Shown: positions 10,737-22,224, numbered from the stretch's first letter. The stretch is 54,321 bases of DNA from Chloropicon primus (GCA_023205875.1 CP060761.1:806001-860321); one strand, 5' to 3'. The notes: generated by a model from the sequence alone, not told the origin. Numbers and translations: made by a program.

Positions 10737-13391
10737 TCACTTCATCGCAAGCAAAACGGCAAACTTACTCGCGAGCTGCTTCACGTCAATCTTGGTCCAG
10801 AGCTCCATCCCGATGACAGACGACGCGATCGCCATGACAAAGAGCAAAGGGACCACACCGCCTGGAAGCCATGGAAGTTCCCCGCTCTTCCTTCCCTTGT
10901 ACACCATGAGGACTGGAATGATACCGAACAGGATCAGCCTGAAGGTTCCCGAGAACTCCAGCGCGGCGTAGAACGCCCCAGGGGCCAGGATGGAGATCCC
11001 CAGAGGCGGCAAGATCGTCAGCACGAGGGCCACCAAGCCCCCCACCCTCTTCTTTGACGAGATCGAGTCCGGCAAGGCATCCTTCACAAAGTCGACGCAC
11101 CCCATGCCGATGCCCAACAGGGACGTGACGATGGCGAAGAAGGAAAAGATGGTGACGTGCATGGAGACCTTGCTTGAGGCCACGCCGCCCACCGCTCTCA
11201 CCACGTCCGTCCCAGACTTGAGGGAGCCCACAAGGGCCTCTGGCAGGGTTCCCAAGATGATGGCTTGCCAGATAATGTAAAGGGCAAAGGGGATGAAGCT
11301 CCCCAGGAATATCGCTTTGACCACTGTCCTGGGACTCCCCAGGTATCCGACTAGGGAGGGAATGATGTTGTGGAACGTGAACGCGACGACCATGATGGGG
11401 AGGCACTTGTTCGCGACCTCCCAGTTGGCACGTGCCAACAGAGTGGGCTGCAGGCTCCCACTGCACCTCACGATCAGCTGGACGAAGGAGTAGAGAGCCG
11501 CCATGACACACACCCTGTTCAGCAAATCGATCTTCTTGGGTCCGGAGTACAGGGCAACGCCAGACACTGCCGTGAAGCCGGTGATGCCCAGCCAGCTTGG
11601 GATGGACGCGCCTTTGAAAAAGATCCTGGAGACCAAGGGCATGCACATGGCAGCCCCCTCGCTCAGGTAAGCCGTGAGCGTCGCGGCGTAGATGAACAAG
11701 TAGAGGCACATGCACACGGTCCTTCCCGTGATCCCCAAGGTGTTCTGCGCCATCGAGAGCAAGTTCACCTCGGGCCCGTACCACAAGCTCGCCTCGACGA
11801 GGAGCATGGCGGTGAGCACCATGAAAAGCCAAGCCCCGGAGAGGGTGAAGATCGTCGGCAGGAACCCGGCCTGGGCCGTCTTCACAGGCATGGCGATAAT
11901 CCCCGCGCCGACCGTCGATCCAGCGATCAGCAGGATAGCTCCAAGAAGCCTCCCGGACTTCGGCAGGTTCTTCTGCTCAATCCCCACGATGCAGTCGAGG
12001 AGCCTCCTTGCCTCCCTCAGGGGGATCTGTATGCCGTCCGCCCCGACGTTGAAGCTCGCCTTTGGTCCACCGACAGCTCTGCAAAAGTTGGAGGTCAGCA
12101 CCATGTGGCTGCTGAGGCCCTTCCTGATGTCCTGCAGGGCCAGCACGGGCGACTTGCGGCTCTTGCTGCTAGCGTTGCCATTGCCATTCCCATTGTCGTT
12201 TACCTCGACCTCGCTGGTGTCGCCCTCAATGAGCACAAAGTCGTGCTCCTGCTTGGTCGCCTTCTTGGCTTCCTCCAGCGACCTCACAAAGCGTCCCGTC
12301 AGCACGCTCCTGGGCTCCTCTCCGTCCCCCTCTGGAACACCATGGTTGTCCCCCTCCATCTCCATCTCCTCCGCCTCCTCCACGTAGTCTTCATCCTCGT
12401 GGGAACTCAGGACATCGTAATCGTACGCGATCCTCTCCTCCTTGGTCATCTCCCCCCTCTGCTTCATCTCCAGCTCGTACTCGGCTTTCTTCTGCTCCTC
12501 GATGGACTTGATCATGATCCTCGCCATCTGGGAGTCCACGCCGTTGAACAGGATCCCGTCCGCCAAGCTCGCGGCAACGATGTCAATCCTGTCCTCCACC
12601 AAGAACTTCACGCCCAACGCGCTGCACAGGGGGTACAGGGAGGATGCAATCTCGGTCATCATGGCGGAGCTCAGGTCCCCGTCCCGCAGCAGGACCGCAT
12701 TCGCAAGTCCCTTGCTTACGCTCTGGTCCACAACCCTCTCCATGTCCTTCTGCTTCATGGCATCCAGGGCCTTGATCTCCAGCATGAACAGAGGTCGAGG
12801 CAGCAGGGGACAACCCTGCTTCCCCCTCACCTCCCCGTCCTCCTCCTCCCCGTCCTCCTTGCCGTATATCTCGGGCAACACCCTCGCCAAGGTCGTTGCC
12901 TCTATCATCTCAGAACTCGCGTTACCATTCGTAATCGTATTCGTATTCGTCTGATTCGTCTGATTCGTTTGGCTCTGCTTGTCCTCATCTTGGCCCAAGT
13001 CCGGTGCTCCCTCGCCGTCATCCCCTGCGGATGCCCTCACCACCCCTTGCTTCCTCCTCCCAATGCCGTCCTCCTCCTCGCCACCATCCCAAGGCCTTAC
13101 CTTTGCGTGGACCCCGACCTTGGCCTGGAGCCTTGTGGTGCGAGTATGACTCGAGCCAAACTTGTGGTGGTGTGCGTTGACGGTGAGTGTGTGGTTGAGG
13201 TTGAGGTGAGTCCTTGTCCTAGTCCTTGTCCTCCGCCTCAGACTCAAGCCCCCCGGCGCCCTCTTCCTAGTGAAGGTGTTGCTGACATTGCTGATGTTGT
13301 TCATGTTCATGGTATTGTTCCTCCACTGCCCGAGGGCGCCCCCTCTCGGCCGTCCTCCCCTCCCCTCCAACACCACCTGCTTCTCCATCAT
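10737..13391 (-). CDS. Aromatic amino-acid permease (TyrP/Mtr, HAAAP) with N-terminal transit-peptide-like region and ThiE/TenI(FZL)-like domain
   Basis: C-terminal half: LLGAILLIAGSTVGAGIIAMP, LPIMVVAFTFHNIIPSL, FSFFAIVTSLLG. Middle: AVLLRD...KFLVEDRIDIVAASLADGILF...GRFVRSLEEAKKA...DFVLI. First ATG is at 13391. Confidence 0.85.
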   Translation of the reverse strand: MMEKQVVLEGRGGRPRGGALGQWRNNTMNMNNISNVSNTFTRKRAPGGLSLRRRTRTRTRTHLNLNHTLTVNAHHHKFGSSHTRTTRLQAKVGVHAKVRPWDGGEEEDGIGRRKQGVVRASAGDDGEGAPDLGQDEDKQSQTNQTNQTNTNTITNGNASSEMIEATTLARVLPEIYGKEDGEEEDGEVRGKQGCPLLPRPLFMLEIKALDAMKQKDMERVVDQSVSKGLANAVLLRDGDLSSAMMTEIASSLYPLCSALGVKFLVEDRIDIVAASLADGILFNGVDSQMARIMIKSIEEQKKAEYELEMKQRGEMTKEERIAYDYDVLSSHEDEDYVEEAEEMEMEGDNHGVPEGDGEEPRSVLTGRFVRSLEEAKKATKQEHDFVLIEGDTSEVEVNDNGNGNGNASSKSRKSPVLALQDIRKGLSSHMVLTSNFCRAVGGPKASFNVGADGIQIPLREARRLLDCIVGIEQKNLPKSGRLLGAILLIAGSTVGAGIIAMPVKTAQAGFLPTIFTLSGAWLFMVLTAMLLVEASLWYGPEVNLLSMAQNTLGITGRTVCMCLYLFIYAATLTAYLSEGAAMCMPLVSRIFFKGASIPSWLGITGFTAVSGVALYSGPKKIDLLNRVCVMAALYSFVQLIVRCSGSLQPTLLARANWEVANKCLPIMVVAFTFHNIIPSLVGYLGSPRTVVKAIFLGSFIPFALYIIWQAIILGTLPEALVGSLKSGTDVVRAVGGVASSKVSMHVTIFSFFAIVTSLLGIGMGCVDFVKDALPDSISSKKRVGGLVALVLTILPPLGISILAPGAFYAALEFSGTFRLILFGIIPVLMVYKGRKSGELPWLPGGVVPLLFVMAIASSVIGMELWTKIDVKQLASKFAVLLAMK

Positions 13392-13903
13392 ACTCCGTTC
13401 GGGTGGCCGAAAATTTTCGGCCACCCGAACGGAGTCCTCGAGTTCAAGAGAGAGGAGTCACTTTCGAACCTCAGAGGAACAGGAGGGGAGGCATGGGGAA
13501 TGGGAACGAGAAGGCGGGGCGTGGGGGGCGTGGGGGGTGAGGGGAAGAATTGTCACACACACACACATGCGCATATGCACACGAACGACTAGGAAAGGCG
13601 CGGCGAGGCAAGGCAAGGGAAGGGAAAGGAGATCATTTTTTTCATCGGTGATGATTCATCATCATCATTAGGCAGAAACTGGGAACTGGGAGCGAGAAGG
13701 TCGTGGGCGAGGAAGGGGGGAATGGGGTGCGAAGGGTTGAACACCGGGGGTGGGTCTCACACTGGCCGTCTTTCTTGTCCTTCCTTCAAGCAAGGGGAAA
13801 TGTTTTCTTCATTTCATTTCTCATTCTATGTTCATGCAGCGATCCATATCACATGAGGAATCGGAATCATCATAACATACATAATGGGACGGAATCACGT
13901 CCG

Positions 13904-16900
13904 TCACGGCAAGGGTATGGGGTTTGTTTCAATGTCCAATGCGGTCTTCGCCAGGACATTCTGGGTGGAGGCCTGGTCTTTCGGCAAGGTTTTCGAGATC
14001 CTCTGCCAGCGCTCACCGTGTTTCGGGTCGGCCTCCACGCACCTCCTCTCGACCTCCCTCTCCCGCTCCCCGGTGCCCACCCCACCCGAGTTGGTGTTGC
14101 CGCCGTAGTAGCACTCGAAGCGGTAGTAGTGCGCCCACAGGTCCCCGGCGTCCGGGTCCAGGGTGACCGACCTGTTGAACCAGCTCCTGGCCTTCTCGGT
14201 CTTGTGGTCCACCATGAAGAGCTGCGCGACCGCGCTGACGACGTGGGGGTCGTTGCTGCATCTCTTGAGGGCATCCACCGACTTGGCCTTCCTTTGAGGC
14301 CGCGGCGCGGTTGTGATGACCTCGTTCCACAGGATCCCGCTGTCCGGGCACTCCTGAAGGGCCTTGGCCATGATGGCCTCGGCCTGCTTGGCGTTGCCCG
14401 CCCTCCTCTCCGTCCTGATGGCCGCGAGCCAGAGCTCTGGGCACCCTGGAATCTTGAACCGTGCCTGCTCCAATATCGCACGGGCCCTGCCGATGCTGCC
14501 CAGCCTCTCCTCGAGGGAAGCGTGGCTTTGCCTGAGCTGGTAGCACATTGGAACGGAGCGGACGCCCTTCTCGTAGGCCTGCCTGGCGAGGTCCGTCTCC
14601 CCACGCCTCACGCGGGCCTGGGCCAGCATCAGGTGCATCTTCCACGAGTCCTCCGACTTGCCGTGGACCTCAAGACCCTCCGTGAGGATGTCAATCTCCT
14701 CCTGGGCATTCCCGAGGTCGCGCTCCAGGAGGGCAGACTTCATCCAGACCCTCTCCCCGCCCCCCTGCTGCCTTGCCCTCTGCAAAAGCATCTTGGCCCT
14801 CTCCGTCTCGTTGTTCTCGAACTCGAGCTTGAAGGCCGCCAGGACAATCTGCTCCGAGTCTGGGTTGGCGGTGAAGGCCTCCTGGAGCACCATCCGCGCC
14901 CCAGGGACGTCGCCCTTCAGCCACCTCTCCTTGGCCCCCATCAGCCAGAGCATCTCGCTCTGCGGGCAGTAGGTCACCGCCCGCTTCAAGATGCTGTCCA
15001 ACATGCCAGGGTCCCCATGATGCTTCTCGAGCATGGCAGCCCGCCTCCACAAGCCCTTCTTCGCGGGGAAGACGGTCAGGGCATGGGCCAGGATGCTCCT
15101 CGCCGAGTGAATCGACCCGCGCTTGACGCAATCCTCCGCGTCCGCCACCCACGTCGCCTTTGCGTCCTCCTCCTCCACCCCGATTCCGATGGTCTGCTTG
15201 ACGATCTGCGCACAGACGTGGAGCGCGGGCGATGGGACTGCCCTCTCACAGTCCTCCGCGAAGGACAGCCACTTCTCCCTGGACACCACCGCGCCATGCT
15301 GCTTCAGGGACTTTATGGCGCGGTCCACAATCTTCCCCACGAGGCCGCACTCCTCGAAGACGCCAAAGCTGGTCTTGGGATCAAGCTCAGCCTCTTGGTC
15401 CTTCATCTCCACATCGTCTTGCTTCTTCTTCTCCCTGTTTTTCGTCTCCTCGAGCTTGGCTGCCGTGATCCAAATCAATGGCTCCGTTGGCAGCGTCTGC
15501 CTCGCCTTGTTGAGAACCTTCTTTGCCTTGTCGTAGGTCTCCAGCTTTGCCAAGGCGAGCCAGAGCTCCTTGTGCTGAGGGCAGCACTCCACCGCCCGTC
15601 TCAGCAAGATCCTGGCATCCTCCTCGGTGGAAAGATCGACCAAGGCGCGCCACAGCCTCACGCTGTTCGGCAACCGCTCGAGAGCCTTTCTCAGCACCCG
15701 CCTCTGGGCCTGGTTCGAGTCCCCGCCGCCGGTCTCGGTCCCCGGGGCGGTCTCCTCCAGCCTGGCCGCCTCCAGCCACAGCTTTACAGACTTTGGGATC
15801 TGTGCGAGGCCCCGAGCCACACAAATCTTCTTCTCCTCCTGCGTCTGCTGCAGCAGCGAGGCGTGGAGCCAGATGTCCTCCGACTTTGGACAGGCAGCGC
15901 AACCCTTGGCGATTAGGCTCCTGGCCTTTTGACCCTTGCCCAGGTCGCTCTCCAACCTGGCCGCCGCGATCCAGCCCGGCGCGTGCGTGGGATTCGTCTG
16001 CGTCACGCTCTGCAGAAGCTTCCTGGCTTTCTTCACGTCCTGGATGTCCGTCTGCTGGAAGGTACCAGCCCCCAAAGGAAGCTGAGACTGCAGAGAGGTG
16101 AGGTATCCCTTTGGATCGACGCTGGTGGACAACCCCGACTGGGAGGCCACCTTGTCACCCAGCCTATCCAGCTTCATGGAGAGGACGGTGCCCCTTCCCT
16201 CTCCCACCGCCGTCAAGTCTGTCGTGGTGCTCACCCCGGCGCTCGTGCTGGTCTCCGCTCCTCCCCTCGGATCTATTCCTGCGTCGATGGTGCTGACGCT
16301 CTGCTTCTCCTGCGCCGCCCGGGCGAGCAGAGTATCCGGCACGGGGACGAAGCTCTGCTTCCCTCTCGGAGTCCGCTTCACGCTCCGGTCTCCGATCTCG
16401 GGAATCTGGTCCCAATCCTGCTCGCTCATCGACCCGAGAGCCCTCTTGAGATCGCTGAACTGCTCCGATATCTTGGGGTTTTCCTTCCTGTACTGCTCCA
16501 GCTCCTTCTTCATGTTCTCCTCCCTCTGCTTCCTCCTCCGCTCCAGCATGCGAGCATCAATTGCATCCCACACCTCGTCCGCCTCCTTGTCCTCCTCGTC
16601 GTACGCCGTCCCCCTCCTTTTCGCGAACAAACCCGCATCGTTCCCCATGAACTCATCAAACTGTCCCTCCTCCCTCTCCCCTCCATCCTCCTCCCTCTTC
16701 CTCTTCTCCGCCGCCGAGGACGACGACCCTGCCGCTGCTGCTGCTGCTGCCGACGTCGGCTGCCCGCCCAGCGGAGGCCTCTGCGCGGAAGCCGGACCAA
16801 TGTCGCTCCTCGTGGTGAACCCCAGCGCCCCTCGACCCACACCAGCGACGTAGCCCTTGGGACATGGTGGGAAACTTAATTTCGTGGCCCTCTGTCCCGT

Positions 16901-17008
16901 GCTTTGGATCTGTTTCTGTTGGGATACCAAAGGACGGCTCACCGTTGGACCACCGTAGCGAGCCTTCTGCTCAAGCAGCTCCTTGCTCTCCAATGCGCTG
17001 CGACTCAT
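13904..17008 (-). CDS. PRP6: Pre-mRNA splicing factor PRP6 (U5-102K/STA1)
   Basis: GYVAGVGRGALGFTTRSDIGPA, YDEEDKEADEVWDAID, PKISEQFSDLKRAL, VDPKGYLT, HAT repeats and PKHGERWQ. Confidence 0.97.
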   Translation of the reverse strand: MSRSALESKELLEQKARYGGPTVSRPLVSQQKQIQSTGQRATKLSFPPCPKGYVAGVGRGALGFTTRSDIGPASAQRPPLGGQPTSAAAAAAAGSSSSAAEKRKREEDGGEREEGQFDEFMGNDAGLFAKRRGTAYDEEDKEADEVWDAIDARMLERRRKQREENMKKELEQYRKENPKISEQFSDLKRALGSMSEQDWDQIPEIGDRSVKRTPRGKQSFVPVPDTLLARAAQEKQSVSTIDAGIDPRGGAETSTSAGVSTTTDLTAVGEGRGTVLSMKLDRLGDKVASQSGLSTSVDPKGYLTSLQSQLPLGAGTFQQTDIQDVKKARKLLQSVTQTNPTHAPGWIAAARLESDLGKGQKARSLIAKGCAACPKSEDIWLHASLLQQTQEEKKICVARGLAQIPKSVKLWLEAARLEETAPGTETGGGDSNQAQRRVLRKALERLPNSVRLWRALVDLSTEEDARILLRRAVECCPQHKELWLALAKLETYDKAKKVLNKARQTLPTEPLIWITAAKLEETKNREKKKQDDVEMKDQEAELDPKTSFGVFEECGLVGKIVDRAIKSLKQHGAVVSREKWLSFAEDCERAVPSPALHVCAQIVKQTIGIGVEEEDAKATWVADAEDCVKRGSIHSARSILAHALTVFPAKKGLWRRAAMLEKHHGDPGMLDSILKRAVTYCPQSEMLWLMGAKERWLKGDVPGARMVLQEAFTANPDSEQIVLAAFKLEFENNETERAKMLLQRARQQGGGERVWMKSALLERDLGNAQEEIDILTEGLEVHGKSEDSWKMHLMLAQARVRRGETDLARQAYEKGVRSVPMCYQLRQSHASLEERLGSIGRARAILEQARFKIPGCPELWLAAIRTERRAGNAKQAEAIMAKALQECPDSGILWNEVITTAPRPQRKAKSVDALKRCSNDPHVVSAVAQLFMVDHKTEKARSWFNRSVTLDPDAGDLWAHYYRFECYYGGNTNSGGVGTGEREREVERRCVEADPKHGERWQRISKTLPKDQASTQNVLAKTALDIETNPIPLP

Positions 17009-17122
17009 CCTAGCACGAACTCCAACTCAAACCCAAACCCCAAACGCCTCTCCTCTCCCTCTCCTCTGCTCTTCTCCTCTGACAGCTGCTCCTCTCCTCT
17101 CGGCTCTGGGAAGGGAGGAGAT

Positions 17123-17421
17123 GGTGGTGATGGTGGTGGTGGTGGGAGAGGGAAGGAAGGGAAGCAGGGGGTGAAGGGATGGATGTATTGTCTCTTGATC
17201 TTTCCAAAGAGCCCTCACTTGCTCAGTTTTGTTTCCTAGAGAATGGATGGTGGTGTGGAGGGTGCTGCTACTGGTGGTGATGGTGGTGGTGGTGGTGGTG
17301 GGAGAGGGAAGGAAGGGAAGCAGGGGGATGGAGGGATGGATGTATTGTCTCTTGATCTTTCCAAAGAGCCCTCACTTGCTCAGTTTTGTTTCCTAGAGAA
17401 TGGATGGTGGTGTGGAGGGTG
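17123..17421. repeat. Intergenic tandem duplication, 2 copies, period ~157 bp
   Basis: GGATGGATGTATTGTCTCTTGATCTTTCCAAAGAGCCCTCACTTGCTCAGTTTTGTTTCCTAGAGAATGGATGGTGGTGTGGAGGGTG occurs twice. Confidence 0.92.
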
Positions 17422-17739
17422 GTGTTGAAGGAGGAGGGTTGGGAGGGAGGGAGGGAAGGGTTTGGGTCTTGCATGGTGTCTTCCACTGGATCTTGCTCCT
17501 TCCAAAAGAAGTCCTTTGATGGATAGAGGAGGGAGGAGGAGAGGCAACACCAGGCACCTGCTGCTGCAGAGGGATGCCTAGGGGAGGGGGCGCAAGGTCG
17601 AGGCGAAGGGGGAGGCGGAGGGGCCGAGCCAGTGGCGGGAATAAATGCAAGGAGACGCTCGAAACGCGTCATTGCGGTCACAGCTCCTGGTAGCTTTGTC
17701 TTGTTTATAACGTTGATCCAATGAAAACGAGAGCAGGCA

Positions 17740-18546
17740 TTACTTTCCAGCTTTCCTTCTGGGTCTGAGGACCTGGTCGATGATTCCGTATTCCTGGGCG
17801 GACTCGGGGGTGAAGTACCTGTTCCTGCTGAAGTCCTCCAAGAGCTGCTCTTGGGACTTGCCCGTCTGCTGCTCAAGGCACTTGAGCATGTATCCCCTGA
17901 TCCTCAGAAGCTCCCTCGTCTCGTTCCACATGTCAGTACTGCTGCCGCGGGCCGCGCCGCTCGGCAAGTGCATCATGATCCTGGTGTGTCCCAGGGAAAG
18001 GCGCTTGCCTTTGGTTCCCGAGCACATGAGGAACGCTGCCATCCCCATCACGCCACCGAACCCAACCGTCACGATGTCGCTCTTCAGGTGCCTCATGGTA
18101 TCGTAGAGCGCGAGCGAAGGCACGAGCTGGCCTCCCTCGCAGGTGTTGATGTACATCTGGAGGTCCTTCTGAGACACGGAGTCCAAGTACAGCAACGTTC
18201 CCACGAGTTGGTTCCCGAGCTCCTCCGTCACCCCTTGCCCCAAGAACAAGATCCTTTCTCTGTACAAGCAGTTCCACAGGTCCACCCACTGCCAGTTCCC
18301 TTCCTGCGGCGTGCGGTACGGCACGCGAGGCACAGCAACAGGCATTTTGGTCACAAGTCTCCTCGCTCCCTGTCCCACTCCTCTCCCCCTCGTCGTCGTC
18401 GTCGTGTTCCTGGTCCTCGTGTGGCGCCCCTCCTGGAGGAGGCTCCTGGCGTGCTTCTGGAACTCCCACCCCAAGCCTCTGTTGTGTTGCGCCTCCTTGC
18501 TCCCTCCGAGCACGCCTCTCGCGCTCCTCCGTCCGAACACTTCCAT
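17740..18546 (-). CDS. CLPR2: Plastid Clp protease non-catalytic subunit, ClpR2-type
   Basis: Transit-like N-terminus, then MPVAVPRVPYR..EGNWQWVDLWNCLYRERILFLG...PSLALYDTM...GAARG...EYGIIDQV. The catalytic Ser position reads Gly (GVMGMAAF). Confidence 0.88.
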   Translation of the reverse strand: MEVFGRRSARGVLGGSKEAQHNRGLGWEFQKHARSLLQEGRHTRTRNTTTTTRGRGVGQGARRLVTKMPVAVPRVPYRTPQEGNWQWVDLWNCLYRERILFLGQGVTEELGNQLVGTLLYLDSVSQKDLQMYINTCEGGQLVPSLALYDTMRHLKSDIVTVGFGGVMGMAAFLMCSGTKGKRLSLGHTRIMMHLPSGAARGSSTDMWNETRELLRIRGYMLKCLEQQTGKSQEQLLEDFSRNRYFTPESAQEYGIIDQVLRPRRKAGK

Positions 18547-19479
18547 CCTCTTCCCTCTTCCCTCTTCCTGAACCCAACCCACCCGCCAACCCACCCGCTG
18601 ACTCGCTCACCCACCGCTTCTTCCCTCTCCTCCTCTCTCTCTCCTTCCTCTTCACAACAAACCAAAGCCAAACCAACGCAAGGAATGAATGAATGAATGA
18701 ATGAGTAAGCAAGCAAACCAAGGAAGGAAGGAAGGAGTAAGCAAGGAAGCAAACCAAGGAAGGAAGGAATGAGTCCCCCTCGTCGTCGTCGTTCTTCCTT
18801 TTCCTTTTCCTTTTCCTTTCGTTTCGTTTTGTGTGTTTGTGTTTGTAGGTCAGGAGTCCTGTCCCCCCTGTTCTGTGTCATGTGTCTCACCTCCTCGTCC
18901 TCGTCCTCGTCCTGGTCCTGGTGGTGGTCGCCCTCCTCCTCTGGTTCTCCGCCGCGTGAAGATCTTCTTCTTATCCACAAAACCCTAAAAAAACCCTTAA
19001 AAAAAACCTTAAAAAAAAGAAGAACACACAAGAGAGAGAGAGAGGAGCGACGCCCAACAACACCGAACACCAGGACGAGGACGAGGAACACCAGGAGGAG
19101 GCGTGTTGTTCTGTGGTGGTTTGGGTTTGTGCTGGGAAGGAACAACACCAACACCAACACCAACGACAACGACAACAACACCTTTCCTTCGCTTTCCCTT
19201 GAACAACCACACGAGGGACATACACAGAGAGAGAGAGGAAGGAAGGAGGAACGAGGAAGGAAGGTGTCTGCTTGGCGTCCTTACTTGTGTTCCTTGGGAC
19301 GACGGGAGAGGGTTACGATCCACAAACAACCTAAACACACTCTTGTTGTTTGTGTTCGGGTTTCGATCCGATCCGATCCGATCCGATCCGATCCGATCCG
19401 ATTCAGCCGCGAGGGTCCCTCGTCCTCGTTACCCTCCTCAAACAAAACAAAGTGGAACAGGTGATCAGCAGGGAACAGG

Positions 19480-20793
19480 ATGGACGAGGACATGGAAGAT
19501 TATGGGTTCGAGTACAGCGATGAGGACACGGAGGAGGAGAACGTGGACATCGAGAACCAGTACTACCACGCCAAGGAGTCACTCGAGGGAAACGAGTACG
19601 AGGAAGCGCTCGAGGGGTTTGCCGCCGTGGTCGACATGCAGGAGGAGAAGCAGGAGTGGGGCTTCAAAGCCCTGAAGCAGATCGTCAAGCTCAGGTTCAA
19701 GCTCCAGCAGTACGACAAGATGATGGAGGCCTACAGGGAGATGCTCACGTACGTGAAGAGCTCCGTCACGAGGAACGACGCGGAGAAGAAGATCAACTCC
19801 TTGCTGGACTTTGTGTCCTCTTCCACCTCGACGGAGCTCCTCCAGGAGTTTTACGACATCACCCTCCAGGCCCTGCAGGACGCGAAGAACGAGAGGCTCT
19901 GGTTCAAGACCAACCTCAAGCTCTGCGGCCTGTACTTCCAGACCAAGGACTTTGGCCGACTGACGCGGACCTTGAAGGAGCTGCACAAGTCGTGCAAGAG
20001 GGAGGACGGGACCGACGACGTGAAGAAGGGAACCCAGCTGCTTGAGATTTACGCCATAGAGATCCAGATGTACACGGAGCAGAAGAATAACAAGAAGCTG
20101 AAGGAGCTGTATCACCAGGCCCTAGCCATCAAGTCGGCCATCCCTCACCCCAGGATCCTCGGGGTGATCCGGGAGTCCGGGGGGAAGATGCACATGACGG
20201 AAAGAAGCTTCGAGAACGCGGCGACCGACTTTTTCGAGGCCTTCAAGGCGTACGACGAGGCGGCGATAGGGAGGAGGATTCAGTGCCTCAAGTACCTCGT
20301 CCTGGCCAACATGCTGATGGAATCGGAGGTGGACCCGTTCGATGCCCAGGAGGCAAAGCCTTACAAGAACGACCCGGAGGTCCTGGCCATGACGAACTTG
20401 ATCGTGGCGTACCAAAAGAACGAAATCAGCGAGTTCGAGCGCGTGCTGCGGGACAACAGGAAGTCGATCATGGACGACGCTTTCATTCGGGACTACATCG
20501 AAGATTTGCTGAAGAACATCAGGACGCAAGTTCTGCTCAAGCTGATCAAGCCTTACACGAGAATAAGGCTCCCGTTCATCTCCAAGGAGCTCAACATTCC
20601 CGAGCAGGACGTGGAGCAGCTCCTGGTGTCCCTGATTCTGGACAACCGCGTGTTTGGCCACATTGACCAGGTCAACCAGCTGCTGGAACTCTCCACCACC
20701 ACGCAGGAGGCGAAAAAGTACGAGCAAGCCAACAAGTGGGCCGCGCAGCTCAGCTCCCTCAACAAGGTGGTGGTCTCCAAGCTCAGGGTGTGA
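19480..20793 (+). CDS. CSN2: COP9 signalosome subunit 2
   Basis: [55 protein letters not shown], and a PCI domain ending GHIDQVNQ. Confidence 0.97.
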   Translation: MDEDMEDYGFEYSDEDTEEENVDIENQYYHAKESLEGNEYEEALEGFAAVVDMQEEKQEWGFKALKQIVKLRFKLQQYDKMMEAYREMLTYVKSSVTRNDAEKKINSLLDFVSSSTSTELLQEFYDITLQALQDAKNERLWFKTNLKLCGLYFQTKDFGRLTRTLKELHKSCKREDGTDDVKKGTQLLEIYAIEIQMYTEQKNNKKLKELYHQALAIKSAIPHPRILGVIRESGGKMHMTERSFENAATDFFEAFKAYDEAAIGRRIQCLKYLVLANMLMESEVDPFDAQEAKPYKNDPEVLAMTNLIVAYQKNEISEFERVLRDNRKSIMDDAFIRDYIEDLLKNIRTQVLLKLIKPYTRIRLPFISKELNIPEQDVEQLLVSLILDNRVFGHIDQVNQLLELSTTTQEAKKYEQANKWAAQLSSLNKVVVSKLRV

Positions 20794-20877
20794 GCGAGGG
20801 GCGAATCCTGGTGCTCATTGTATCACTAAGCGTGTGTTTTGTGCGGTGTATTCTATATAGTTACAAAAGTCATTCCT

Positions 20878-21981
20878 TTACATGTAGATCAACTCCGATT
20901 CTGCTTTCAAGCTCGGTGACATGCCGTAGGCCGCCTGCGGAGGGTGTTGCGGCGCGGGTCCCTGAGACCGCCCGAAGCGCCCCCCCTTCAGCTGAGGCCC
21001 TTGCCCGTACGTGTTGTTGTGGCCATGGCTACTGTTGCTGCTGCCAAAGGCTCCTCCCCCTCCTCCGGGACGACCAAACTTTTTGTGCTGAAAGTCAGAG
21101 ATCCACTTGTCGAGCTGGTCCGGTTTGTAACCCATTCCGAACCCCCCCCGCTGCTGCTGAGGCGGCCTCCTGTTGTGACTAAAAGCATTAATGTTGTTGC
21201 TCTGGTTGTCCCTCCGCGCTTGCTGCTCCTTCTCCCTCACCTGCTGGTCAAGCAAGCTCGCGGCGTCGCCACCGAGCTGCTGGTACTCGAGCATCAGCTC
21301 CCGCCTCAACCTCTTGAGACCCTCCAAGGGACCTTGGGACATCCCGCCGTAGTAGCCTCGTGGAATCCGAAGCCAGTCCATCGACTGCTCGTGCAGGATG
21401 TTCCCGTTGTTGTTGTTGCCACCCGAAACCTTTGTCTTTGGATTAAGGTTCGCCTGCCAAGGGTACTCCTTGAGACGGTCCAGGCCAACCACCTGGGGCT
21501 TGGAACCTTGCTGCTGCTGCTGCTGCTGCAAGTAGATCTGGTGCTGCCCGAGAAGGCTAGGAAGTTGGGGGACGGGGCGCCTCAGGGTGGCCTGACTCGT
21601 GGACGCCTGCTGCTGCTGCTGCTGTTGCTGCTGCTGATTGTTATTGTTGTTCTGTGCAACTGCCGCTTGCGCCGCTTGGGCGCGTTGGAAGTAGAACTCG
21701 TCTGCCTTCTTCAATGCATCTTTCTGCTTCTGACGCTCCGCTTGTTGCTCCACCATCTGTCGCCGGAGCTCCTCGCCGTACTTCAAGCGGTCCTCGGCCT
21801 TTCGGCAACAGCAAGCAAACACATAATACAGTTGTCAGTCGTCCTCGTTCGTGCACTCACAGAGTCAGTCGCGATTACTCACCTGCTTCTTCTTTTCCTC
21901 CGGGTCCTCGTACATCTCCACCATCGTCCGTCTCACTTGTGCCGCCCGCTTGGCGTGAGGAGTCCTCTCCACCGGGAACAT
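20878..21981 (-). CDS. Hypothetical Gln/Asn-rich protein, probable 2 exons (21981-21883, 21798-20878)
   Basis: A GTGAG...AAAG intron at 21882-21799 joins ...MYEDPEEKKKQ|AEDRLKYGEELRRQM in frame. Coding-like codon bias. Start uncertain and no family recognised. Confidence 0.55.
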
Positions 21982-22224
21982 CTTGGGTACTGGATGGTTG
22001 CGAAAGGAGAACTGTCTGTCGCTCTGTGTTGCTCTCAGGTGCTGTCCAAGGTGAGGCCAAGGTGGACCAAGATTGGGGAACGTCCTTCGTCCTCAAGCAA
22101 TTTTGCAACGCGTGAGTCGATTCAGTCCGTCCATGCTCCCCCCTCCCGGGACCCTTCCTTGCTCCTCCCCTCCTGGTCCACAACCTTTCTTTCCCTTCCC
22201 TTCCCCTCCTCAAGCCTCTTTCTC

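Noticed and set aside
18600..19470. Several ORFs between ClpR2 and CSN2
   Set aside because: Low-complexity and microsatellite translations without coding-like bias.
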